From Mobula birostris (Eukaryota), in NCBI RefSeq assembly GCF_030028105.1, contig NC_092380.1, positions 62,927,717 through 62,991,716 on the forward strand: DNA of 64,000 bases, given 5' to 3'. Of the stretch, positions 13,172 through 24,255 are shown in pieces. Both the position numbers and the translations under genes were made by a program. Within the stretch, counting starts at the first letter, position 1. The number at the start of each line of letters is the position of its first letter. A model generated the notes under the pieces. That model saw only the letters and a list, made by a program, of their open reading frames with translations. It ran no database searches and was not told the DNA's origin.

Positions 13172-14478
13172 CAGGTGACCCCCATTTTCCAAACGTTCAC
13201 TTTTCGCTAACAGGTGTTTTCACTGTTACAAAAAAAGGCAGCGTGCGATAAAAGGCAGCGCACACCCGAACAGCCAAGCTCCTCCCCAGAACTGCATTCT
13301 AGCCGACGTGCTTTATCTCGATTTATTTTGTGCATCCGTTAGCAAGATAAGTTCTAAGGTATCGGGAAAGCCTAAAAGAGCTCGTAAGGGTGTTACACTT
13401 AGCGTAAAACTAGACATAATTAAGCATTTCGATCGTGGTGAACGAAGTAAGGACATTGTCCGCACGTTGAACTTGCCTGCGTCCACCATTCGCACTATTT
13501 ATACGCAGAGAGAAAGAATTTTGAAAGTTGCCAATGTTACCGTTGGTTCTGCTCGTAGCAAAGTGGTCTCTTAGTCGGCATCCAATAATGGATAAAATGG
13601 AAAGTCTATTGCTTGAGTGGATTGATGAGTGTTCCATTAAGTTTTCTTATACTTAAGGAGAAATCAGTCAGTCTTTTTAATAAGCTGAAACAGAAAGCAC
13701 TGGATGATGGTGATGAAAGTGGAATTTAAAGGTATTCATGGGTGGTTTGATCGGCTTCTGAGGCAAGGGCAGCTTCATAGTTTAAGCAGTGGTTCCCAAC
13801 CTCCAGGCCACCGACCAATACATTGCCGCGGAGGACGCAGTAGTGCAGCAGTAGTCAGAACATACCCAGCACGTCTTTAAGAAAAAAGTCGAAATAAACA
13901 AGCTAATTAATTAGGTGCCGCCCGGCACGTAAATGTCGGCCCAGATCAGAGGCAATTGCCGATTACGTCAGGTGGTTATTCGTATAAACAAGTGTTTAAC
14001 TGTGACAAAACTGCAATTTATTGGAGTCTTCCCAATTCTGGTAAGTGAAACTACACTGTACATACATTATTTCTACTTTATATAGGCTGTGTATTTTTAT
14101 GTATTATTTGGTAAATTTTGGCAGCTTCATAGCTTAAAGGTTACTGGAGAGAGTGTTCCTGCTGACAGCGCTTGCGCCGTGTTTTTGCCGAGAGCGCTTC
14201 CGTAAGATTTTCGCTGCGCTAGACAGTGCTGCAGAAGAGTATTTCTACTTTATATAGGCTGTGTATTTATCATATCATTCCTGCTTTTACTATATGTTAC
14301 TGTTATTTTTGGTTTTACATGTTACTTGGCATGAGTTTGTAGGTTATTTTTTGGGTCTGGGAATGCACAAAATTTTTTCCCATATTAATAAATAGTAATT
14401 GCTTATTCACTTTACGACATTCTGGCTTACGAACCGTTTCATGGGAATGCTCTACCTTTGGATAGCGGGGGAAACCTG
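13172..14478 (+). mobile_element. Tigger/pogo (Tc1-mariner) DNA transposon, internally deleted
   Basis: Ends CAGGTGACCCCC / GGGGGAAACCTG are each flanked by TA. ORF 13308-13574 has a CENP-B/psq HTH (RKGVTLSVKLDIIKHFDRGERSKDIVRTLNLPASTIRTI). A downstream frame gives MESLLLEWID...FKGIHGWFDR. Confidence 0.88.
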
Positions 14479-14659
14479 TATTTAGAAAAAGAGGTTAAAT
14501 AACAAAAGGGGAGATGGTTCAAAACAAAATAGAATGGATCAAGTTGAAAAAGAACACCTCAGATATGAGCAAAATAACAGAATTTCTGAATTCAGTGTAG
14601 AGCCAGAGCATCTTATCACAAGAGCAGATGCTGCTTCTCAAGATTTACATGGAGTTTCA

Positions 14660-14942
14660 CTTTATTTTATTTAGAGATACAGCCTGGAATAGGCCATTCC
14701 AGCACTTCAAGCCTCATCACCCAGCAATCTCCAGTTTAGTCCTTAACTAATCATGGGATGTTAACAATAACTAATTAACCTACTAACTGATAGGCCTTTG
14801 TACCATGAGAAGAAGCTGAGGACCAGGAGGAAACCCATACATTCCACAGGGAGGGCATACAGACTTCTTACAGATGATGTCAGAATTGAACTCCAAAGCC
14901 CCAAGTTGTAATAGGATACGCTAACTGCTACGCTACCATGGC
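14660..14942 (-). mobile_element. SINE (family also at ~44160-44400, ~52450-52675, ~54960-55085)
   Basis: Shared TTTATTTAGAGATACAGC...GCC(A/C)TTCCAGC tail and GGAGGAAACC...ACAGA/AACTTCTTACAG body. Confidence 0.6.
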
Positions 14943-15664
14943 ATCCACAGTGAAAGCGTTGAAAGCCAAGGAAGAGGCTAGGATATCAAAGTGACAGGGA
15001 GATTAGGATAGTTATTACAGACTGAATAAATTACTTGACAAAAATACTTCTCAACCAAGAAATCGCTTTAGTACAGTTGACTGGACATCCGACCGTATTA
15101 GTTCAATTTTGCACTTTTTCTAACTTCACATAACCACAAAAATATTATCCTTCTAAATTCACCGTTGGGTTCAACAAATTCAGATAATGCTCCAGCCTCC
15201 ACTTATACTCATCAGGGACCACTTGCTTTACTTGTTGCATTTCAACTTCCTTTTGCTTCATCTTCCTATTGTATAGGTCATTCCATTTATCCCATTCTCC
15301 ATACCAAAACAAAACTGGCCACTGTAACTACAAATTTACCATATCTAATCATTTACACTTTTTAAATTAAAGATCAATAACGTTAGTTTTGAATTCTCCT
15401 GGACCATTATTGTTTGCTGTTGTTAATTATTACAACTCTGCACATCATATTTGTGATATATTTAGAAATTTATCTCATAACTAATACAGCCATTTGTTAG
15501 TTAATTAAATTTCCTTTCAAACAAGGAAACTGACCACTTTTTTTTTCATTTTCACTTCGAGATTCTTTTTAATTACAGCTGTCCCCCACTCCATGATTTT
15601 TTTCAAATAAATAGTTGGAAACAAACATTATTTCAAATAAAACAATACATAAACTGGCTTAGCA

Positions 15665-15875
15665 TATACAAAATGCTGGACAGGCAGCATCTAAGGATAG
15701 AAATGCACAAGCCAAACACTGCTCTTTCTTTCCAATCCTGATGAAGGGTCTCGGCTTGAAACGTCGACAGCTTATTTCTTTCCTTAGATGCTGCATGACA
15801 TGCTGAAAACCTCCAGCATTTTGTTTGTGTGCGCGTCTTACTCAACATTTCTAGCATCTGCAGCGTCTTGTGTCC
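15665..15875 (+). mobile_element. Penelope terminal fragment with hammerhead-like motif
   Basis: CCTGATGAAGGGTCTCGGCTTGAAACGTCGAC at ~15737-15768, preceded by an inverted partial copy. Confidence 0.7.
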
Positions 15876-15999
15876 CTATAAACTGGTTTGCCTATCACCT
15901 TAGAACGCAGTGACAAATTAACTTTATTTGCAATTAAACATTAATTCCGTAAATATCAAGTAATGAAACAATTATCGGTGAGTTGTGCATCTCCTGATT

Positions 16000-16460
16000 G
16001 CTTCGTAGGTTGCCGCGGCGTCTCTTTCTGAAGTGTATTAGATGTTGTGGCTAGGCCCTATTAAAGGCCTGATCCTACCAGCCCAAACCCACCATTTCTT
16101 ACCCCCCCCCCCCGGTTTCTTCGCCGGGCAGAGTAAATGAGTAAAACAGAAGCCCAAGTTTCCTTTCACGGTGAGAATATTTACCGGTAATGCAGGCATT
16201 CACCGCAGTCGGTTTCTGCGCTGTCACAACATAGTTGTAGGACATGGTGGCGGTTCGTGCTGAAGCGATAGCAGCTTCCCAGCCTAACTCTGGTAAACGC
16301 GCTCCTCCACCTTCGCGCTCCCGCCGCCCACATCACGTGTCGGGGGAGGGTTCGCAGCGACGACTGCGGCGTGCGGCCTTGCCGCCTGGCCGCCGCCATA
16401 TCCCGCTGTATCATTCTATCGCTCCGCCGTGGCTTTTCCCTTTGCCTCGGGTCGATGTAA
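16000..16460. promoter_or_regulatory. CpG island / DDB1 promoter and 5'UTR
   Basis: CpG-dense stretch in an AT-rich background around the ATG; E-box CACGTG at 16334-16339; YY1-like GCCGCCAT at 16392-16399. Confidence 0.8.
16185..16245 (-). CDS. DDB1: DDB1 coding exon 1 (start codon)
   Basis: [20 protein letters not shown](G); Kozak CCGCCACCATG; 61 nt; GTAA donor. Exons 1-7 total 921 nt in frame. Confidence 0.97.
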
Positions 16461-16557
16461 GCCTTCAAGGGGAAAAAAAATCGAGATGAAGAATGATTGT
16501 ATTTCAGTGGTGCAGGTAGTTCAGCAATATATGGAAGGCCTATATCATGGCTTCTTA

Positions 16558-16600
16558 CATATGTATGTATGTATGTATGTATGTGTGTGTGTACACACAT
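16558..16600. repeat. (TATG)n/(TG)n microsatellite
   Basis: catatgtatgtatgtatgtatgtatgtgtgtgtgtacacacat. Confidence 0.9.
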
Positions 16601-16602
16601 GA

Positions 16603-17700
16603 GGTTTATGTTCCAAAGTTTCAGGTGACATTATCAAACAAGGTGCAGGTACTCACATCTGAGGTGGTTGCCATCATTTTTGCCTTGGAATGGGTCGGTG
16701 AAATACAATCTTACTATGTACTGTACTTCTGTGCTCTGATTCGTTCTTGGTTTTAACATCCATTGACACAGGTATTTCAAAATGTAGGCCATGCATTCCG
16801 TTTTTTGAGATTGTTGAGGCTGCAGGCGTCTATTTCACTTTAACAAAGTGATTAGGTAAGGAGGTGAAATTATTAAGAATCATAAGGAGTAAGTACGAAT
16901 TGGCAACAACATCTCCACAATCGCCATCAGTGCAAGTTCACTACAAGGCTGCAAGCTTAGCTCTCTGCTTTACTCACTTTATACCACTTAATGTGTGACT
17001 AAGTACATACAGCTCCAGTGTCACATTTAAGTTTGTTGACAAAATCACTGTTGTTGGCTGAATCAAAGGTGGTGACATATCAGCATACCATAGGGAGATT
17101 GAAAATCTGGTTGAATGGTGCTACTACGCAACAACCTCTCACTCAAAGTCAGCAAAACCAAGGAGGTGATTATCAATTACAGGAGGAAGAAGACAGGTCC
17201 ATCAGCTAGTCCTTATTGGAGATAGGAAGTGGAGAGGGTCAGTAACTTTAAAATCCTTTTAGAGATTGTTGTGTATCCAGTTCTTATGGGCCCCTGCCCA
17301 TGTTGGGGTTGAAGGAAACGAGGTGGCAGACATTCTAGCCAAACAGTCACTTAAAATTAAGGATATAAATGGAGTTATGACTTTGCATAAAGGGGAGGTG
17401 AAAGCCATAATATAAAAAGGCTATTCGACCCCTAAGGCATCAAAGTTGGGATAAGAAAAAGAAAATTCAGCATTTGTATAACATTCAGAGGATGGTGGGA
17501 AATCAACTGGGAGATGAATTTAAAAGGAGGGAAGATATTATGCTTGCATGTTTACGTATTGGACATACTAGGCTGAATTATTCCTTGTTCAGAATTAATA
17601 TGTGTGATTCTGGCATTTGTAGGGAGTGAACTTGTAAAGAAATGGTGCAATGTATGTTTGAATGCAATTCCTATGAAGTGCAAAGGAAACATTTTAATTG
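16603..17700 (+). mobile_element. Degraded I/Nimb-group LINE fragment with an RNase H domain, interrupted by an RT fragment at ~16890-17260
   Basis: VLTSEVVAIIFALEWV, CSDSFLVLTSI, IQFLWAPAHVGVEGNEVADILAKQ and LRIGHTRLNYSLFRI in + frames. Confidence 0.75.
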
Positions 17701-17711
17701 CTGAATTGAGA

Positions 17712-19033
17712 TCAATGCTGGAAATCCAAGGCAACACACACAAAATGCTGGAGGAACTCAGCAGGCCAGGCAGCATCTATGGAAAAGAGTAAATAGTCGA
17801 TGTTTCGGGCCAAGACCCTTCATCAGGACTGGAAAAAAAGATGAGGAGTCGGAGTAAGTAAGTGGGGGAGGGGTGAAGTAAAGAGCTGGGAAGTTGATTG
17901 GTGAAAGAGACACAGGGCTAGAGAAGGGAGAATGTGATAGGAGAAGGGAGAAGCCCATGAAAGAAAGAAAACCTGACTGTAGCTTCATCATGACCGTAAA
18001 GGAGGCCATGGACTGGCATGTTAGAGTGGGATTGGGAAGTGGAATTAAAATGGGTAGCCACTGGGAGATTCCACTTTTTCTGGTGAGTGGAGTGTAGGTG
18101 CTTAGCGAAGCGGTCTCCCAATCTGCATTGAATCTCATGGATACACAGGAGGCCACACCCGGAGCACCAGATACAATAGATGATCCCTGCAGACTCATAG
18201 CTGAAGTGTCACCTGGAAGGACTGTTAGAATCCTGAATGATAGTTAGGGAAGAGGTGTAGGGGCAGGTGTAGCACTTGTTCTGCTTGCAAGGATAAGTAC
18301 CAGGAGAAAGATCAGTGGGGAGGGACAAATGGACAAGGGAGTTGTGTAGGGAGCGATCCCTGCGGAAAGCAGAAAGTGGGGGACCGGGAGGGAAAGATGT
18401 GCTTAGTGGTGGGATCCCATTGGAGATGGTGGAAGTTGCGGAGAATTATGTACTAGACATGAAGGCTGGTGGTGTGGTAGGTGAGAACAAGAAGAACCCC
18501 ATCCCTGGTGGTGTGGAGGGAGAATGAGGTGAGGGCAAACGTGCGCTAAATGGAAGAGATGTGGTTGAGAGCAGCGTTGATGGTGGAGGAAGGGAAGTCC
18601 CTTTCTTTGAAGAAGGAGGACATCTCCTTAGTTCTGGAATGAAAAGCCTCATCCTGAGATCAGATGTGGTGGAGACGGAGGAATTGAGAGAAGGGGATGG
18701 TGTTTTTACAAGTAACAGTGGGGAAAAAGTATAGTCCTGGTAGCTGTGAGAGTCTGTGGGTTTATAGTAGACATCAGTAGATAAGCTGTTTCCGGAGATA
18801 GAGACAGAGAGATCGAGAAAGGGGAGGGAGGTGTCGGAAATAGATCCAGGTAAATTCAAGGGTAGGGTGGAAGTTGGAGGCAAAGTTGATGAAGTCAACG
18901 AGTTCTGGATGGGTGCCGGAAGCAGCACTAATATAGTCGTCAATGTAGCGTAGGAAAAGTTGATGAGTGATACCAGTGTAAGCCAGGAATGCAGACTGTT
19001 CCACATAGCTGACAAACAGAAGGGCATAGCTGG
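17712..19033 (-). mobile_element. Penelope-like element, 5'-truncated, degenerate RT and GIY-YIG
   Basis: LFLRYIDDY, LPFLDL, TDVYYKPTDSHSY in minus-strand ORFs. Terminal hammerhead motif CAGTCCTGATGAAGGGTCTTGGCCCGAAACATCGACT at ~17795-17831 on the minus strand. Confidence 0.85.
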
Positions 19034-19339
19034 TTAACAATTTACCTAAGTTATAACCTTGGAACTTCAAAGTCAAAGTGCGTATACATTACCATATTCT
19101 ACCCTGATAATCTTTTTTGCAAGCATTTACAGGAAAATAAAGAAATACAATATGAAACCCCCTGGTTTCCTTGGCTGCGTAAGGCTGGGGAAGACAACCT
19201 CTGGCCCTGCCAACCTCATGAGATTGAGGTGCCCTCCCACTCCAAACCCTTGTTTGTGTGGGTGCTGTGTAATTTTCTACCCTGTTACAAATTATTGCCA
19301 CAAAATAACACAGTACACTGCATACGATTAAAAGATTTA

Positions 19340-21547
19340 AATAGAATAGTACAGCACAGTACAGGCCCTTTGGGCCACAATGTTGTGCTGACCCTCAAAC
19401 CCTGCCTCCCATATAAGCCCCCACCTTAAATTCCTCCATATACCTGTCTAGTAGTCTGTTAAACTTCACTATTGTATCTGCCTCCACCACCGACTCAGGC
19501 AGTGCATTCCATGCACCAACCACTCTCTGAGTAAAAAACCTTCCTCTAATATCCCTCTTGAACTTCCCACGCCTTACCTTAAAGCCATGTCCTCTTGTAT
19601 TGAGCAGTGGTGCCCTGGGGAAGAGGCACTGGCTATCCACTCTATCTATTCCTCTTATTATCTTGTACACCTCTATCATGTCTCCTCTCATCCTCCTTCT
19701 CTCCAAAGAGTAAAGCCCTAGCTCCCTTAATCTCTGATCATAATGCATACTTTCTAAACCAGGCAGCACCCTGGTAAATCTCCTCTGTACCCTTTCCAAT
19801 GCTTCCACATCCTTCCTATAGTGAGGCAACCAGAACTAGACACAGTACTCCAAGTGTGGCCTAACCAGAGTTTTACAGAGTTGCATCATTACATCGCGAC
19901 TCTTAAACTCTGTCCCTCGACTTATGAAAGCTGACACCCCATAAGCTTTCTTAACTACCCTACCCACCTGTGAGGCAACTTTCAGGGATCTATGGACATG
20001 TACCCCTAGATCCCTCTGCTCCTCCACACTACCAAGTATCCTGCCATTTACTTTGTGCTCTGCCTTGAAGTTTGTCCTTCCAAAGTGTACCACCTCACAC
20101 TTCTCCGGGTTGAACTCCATCTGCCACTTCTCAGCCCACTTCTGCATCCTATCAATGTCTCTCTGTAATCTTTGACAATCCTCTACACTATCTACAGCAC
20201 CACCAACCTTTATGTCATCTGCAAACTTGCCAACACACCCTTCTACCCCCACATCCAGGTCGTTAATAAAAATCACGAAAAGTAGAGGTCCCAAAACAGA
20301 TCCTTGTGGGACACCACGAGTCACAATCCTCCAATCTGAATGTACTCCCTCCACCACGACCCTCTGCCTTCCGCAGGCAAGCCAATTCTGAATCCACCTG
20401 GCCAAACTTCCCTGGATCCCATGCCTTCTGACTCTCTGAATAAGCCTACTGTGTAGAACCTTGTCAAATGCCTTACCAAAACCCATATAGATCACATCCA
20501 CTGCACTACCGTCATCTAAATGCCTGGTCACCTCCTCAAAGAACTCTATCAGGCTTGTTAGACACAATCTGCCCACACAAAGCCATGCTGACTGTCCCTG
20601 ATCAGACCATGATTCTCTAAGTGCCCAGAGATCCTATCTCTAAGAATCTTTTCCAACGGCTTTCCTACCACAGACGTAAGGCTCACTGGTCTATAATAAC
20701 CCGGACTATCCCTACTACCTTTTTTGAACAAGGGAACAACATTCGCCTCCCTCCAATCCTCCGGTACCATTCCCGTGGACAACGAGGACATAAAGATCCT
20801 AGCCAGAGGCTCAGCAATCTCTTCCCTCGCCTCGTGGCGCAGCCTGGGGAATATTCCATCAGGCCCCGGGGACTTATCCATCTTAATGTATTTTAACAAC
20901 TCCAACACCTCCTCTCCCTTAATATCAACATGCTCCAGAACATCAACCTCACTCATATTGTCCTCACCATCATCAAGTTCCCTCTCCTTGGTGAATACCA
21001 AAGAGAAGTATTCATTGAGGACCTCACTCACTTCCACAGCCTCCAGGCACATCCTCCCACCTTTATCTCTAATGGGTCCTACCTTCACTCCTGTCATCCT
21101 TTTTTTCTTTCTTCACATAATTGAAGAATGCCTTGGGGTTTTCCTTTACCCTACTCGCCAAGGCCTTCTCATGCCCCCTTCTTGCTCTTCTCAGCCCCTT
21201 CTTAAGCTCCTTTCTTGCTTCCTTATATTCCTCAATAGACCCCTGATCCTTGCTTCCTAAACCTCATGTATGCTGCCTTCTTCCACCTGACTAGATTTTC
21301 CACCTCACTTGTCACCCATGGTTCCTTCACTCTATCATTCTTTATCTTCCTCACCGAGACAAGTTTATCCCTAACATCCTGCAAGAGATCTCTAAACATC
21401 GACCACATGTCCATGGTACATTTCCTTGCAAAAACATCATCCCAATTCACACCCACAAGTTCTAGCCTTATAGCCTCATAATTTGCCCTTCCCCAATTAA
21501 AAATTTTCCTGTCCTCTCTGATTCTATCCTTTTCCATGATAATGCTA
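19340..21547 (-). mobile_element. Young CR1 LINE ORF2 (RT) and 3' UTR
   Basis: KSPGPDG, YRPVSLTS, GVPQGSVLGP, KFADD, LVRPHLEY across ORFs 19395-21570; few frameshifts. Confidence 0.93.
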
Positions 21548-22119
21548 GGATGCTGAGAGCTTGGATACATACATGGCTGGCACCAGGGCTGGAATGTATT
21601 CTCAATATTCCTGGATTTCAGTGCTTTAAAAGGGATAGAGAGGGCGGAAAAAGGGGAGGAGGGGTGGCATTACTGGTCAAGGATACTATTACAGCTACAG
21701 AAAGGGTGGGTAATATAGCAGGATCCTCTTTTGAGTCAGTATGGATGGAAGTCAGGAACAGGAAGGGAACAGTTACTCTATTGGGGGTATTCTATAGGCC
21801 CCTTGGTAGCAGCAGAGATACAGAGGAGCAGATTGGGAGGCAGATTTTGGAAAGGTGCAAAAATAACAGGGTGGTTATCATGGGTGACTTTAACTTCCCT
21901 AACATTGATTGGCACCTGCTTAGTTCCAAGGGTTCAGATGCGGCAGAGTTTGTTAAGTGTGTCCAGGACGGATTCCTGTCACAGTATGTGGACAGGCCGA
22001 CTAGGGGGAATGCCATACTAGATCTAGTACTAGGTAATGAATTGGGTCAGGTCACAGATCTGTCAGTGGGTGAGCATCTGGGGGACAGTGACCACTGCTC
22101 CCTGGCCTTTAGCATTAGC
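21548..22119 (+). mobile_element. Inverted 5' segment (APE endonuclease) of the same CR1
   Basis: RGGGVALLVKD, MGDFNFP, LDLVLGN, GDSDH; its end continues directly into the start of the minus-strand segment. Confidence 0.9.
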
Positions 22120-23814
22120 AAAAGATTATATTGATGAATCTTAATTTGACTAAAGGGTTAGTAAAGAAAAGAACAAAACAAATGAAAAGGGCTCATTTTA
22201 ATGAAAGAGTCAAATGTGCAGAAGTTGGAGCTCAAAGTTTCTCCATAGTCACTGATCCTTAATCAAACTTGCTGCTGGCTTTGTGGAATCATGGTCCCGC
22301 TCTGGGTCAAATCCTGCGACTCTTCTCTCCTGCATCTTCCCTCTTCATCTCCTCTCCAACAAAAGCCCCCAAGCCCAACCTTAGTGTCCCTACCAGAGAA
22401 GCCTCCCCTTAATTCGACCATCCTAATTAGATGGCACACATTTCTCCTCATCACTTCAACAATAAGCTGAAAACAGGACAGACAGCTCTTATAGAACTGC
22501 TAAATGAGATACATACAGCATAACAGTAAGAATATGAACCAGGGCATTACAAATAGAATTTGTGAAAAGCTATATATAAACAAAACCAATGTGCAAAACA
22601 AGACAAATTTTGCAAATTAAAAAAAAACACTGAGAACATGACATGTAGAGTCTTTGAAAGTGAGTCTGTAGGTTATATAATCAGTTCAGAGTTGTGGTAA
22701 GTGAAGTTATCCACACTGGTTCAGGAGTCTGATGGTTGTACGGTAATCGCTGTTCCTGAACCTGGTGGTGTGAACCTAAAGCTCCTGTACCTCCTGCCTG
22801 ATGGTAGTAGTGAGAAGAGAGCCTGACTTGGATATTGAGGGTCCTTGATGATAATGCTACTTTAATGTGGCAGCGCTCCTACATGCCAATTTGTCACCAT
22901 CTTTGGTTCAGCCAGCAACCGTATCAGCAGGTGTAAATGCAACATTGGAGCTATACTTAGCCTCACAGTCGTAAATATAAAGTGAGTAGAGCAAGGGGCT
23001 AAGCACACAGCCTTGTGGTGCTGATGGTGATTCTGGAGGAAATATCGCCAATCCATAATGACTGAGGCCTACAAATAAGGAAATCAGGGATCAAGCTGCA
23101 CAGGCTGGTATCAAAGCTCAGGATTTGGAGCATAGTGATGAGTATTGAGGGGGTGATACCCTTTAATGCTGATCTGTAGTCAATGAGCATTCTGAAGTAT
23201 GCATCTTAATATCCTGTGGTTCCAGAGTTGAGTGAAGGGTCACTAAAACGGCATTTGCTTTGACCTGTTATGACAGTAGGCAACGGCAAAAAAGGTAAGT
23301 TGGAAGTGTAATTATAAAAATCAAGATGGCATACAAGCAACGCACACAAAATGCTGAAGGAACTTGTTTGGAAAAGAGTACAGTTGACATTTCAGGCCAA
23401 GATCCTGGAGGACAAGGAATCTGAAGACAATTATGAAATTCACTACCTAATAGTGCAGGTTATTACAGCCATTAACAATACAAAATAAAACACTGCTATT
23501 TATTTCTAGAGGGATAGATTTGAAGAACAGCCAAATTAAATTTGTTTGGAATATTGGTTAGGTAACACTTTGGGGTATTGTGAATCGTTCTAGTCTCCAT
23601 ATACTGTATTTAAAACAGGATATGGGCCACTAGAAGAGTACCAAAATTACTCAATGGACTTTAAAACGTTATCACATTAGTACAATTAAACTAGTCCAAA
23701 CACAGAAGGAAATATTCAGTGATAACTTATTCAACTGGTTTCCTACAGTGTTTATTCTATCCCTAAATAACTATCTGATGAGCTTTTGAGCTGCAGACCT
23801 ACAGGCTAGATTTT

Positions 23815-24255
23815 CAGTTTTTACAGTGAAGTTATCCACACCAGTTCAGGAGCTTGGTGGTTGTCAGGTAATAACTGTTCTTCAACCTGGTGGTGTAGGA
23901 TCTAAGGCTCCTGTAGTTCCTGCCCAATGGTGGTAGCGAGAAGTGAGTATGGCCTGAATGGTGGGGGTCCTTGATGATGGACGCTGCTTTCTTGTGGCAG
24001 CACTCCATGTAAATATACTCAGTGGTGGAGAGGGCTTCACCTGTGATGGACTGGGCTGTATCCACCACTTTCAGTAGACTTTTCTGCTCCTGGGCTTTGG
24101 TGTTTCTATACTAGACCATGATGCAACTAGTTAGTATACTCTCCACTCTGCATCTTTCGACTGACAAAGGGTCTCGGCCGGAAACGTCGATTGTACTTCT
24201 TCCTATAGATACTGCCTGGCCTTCCGCGTTCCACCAGCATTTTGTGTGTGTTGTC
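23815..24255. mobile_element. Rex-like LINE fragment (-) followed by a Penelope terminal fragment (+)
   Basis: KKAASIIKDPHHSGH...LPPLGRNYRSL; CTGACAAAGGGTCTCGGCCGGAAACGTCGA at ~24161-24190. Confidence 0.7.

Larger units (their letters stand above)
19153..22551. mobile_element. Probable solo LTR (~620 bp, split by a CR1 insertion)
   Basis: Starts TGAAACCCCCTGG and ends CCAGGGCATTACA (TG...CA with inverted ends); 4-bp TSD AATA at 19149-19152 and 22552-22555. Confidence 0.6.
19062..23285 (-). mobile_element. Rex1/L2-like LINE 3' part (outer host of a nested insertion; own sequence 19062-19152 and 22552-23285)
   Basis: The two pieces join into the same sequence as the copy at ~11570-11850. RT remnants LIDYRSAL and RPQSLWIG at 22862-23190. 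Confidence 0.65.
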
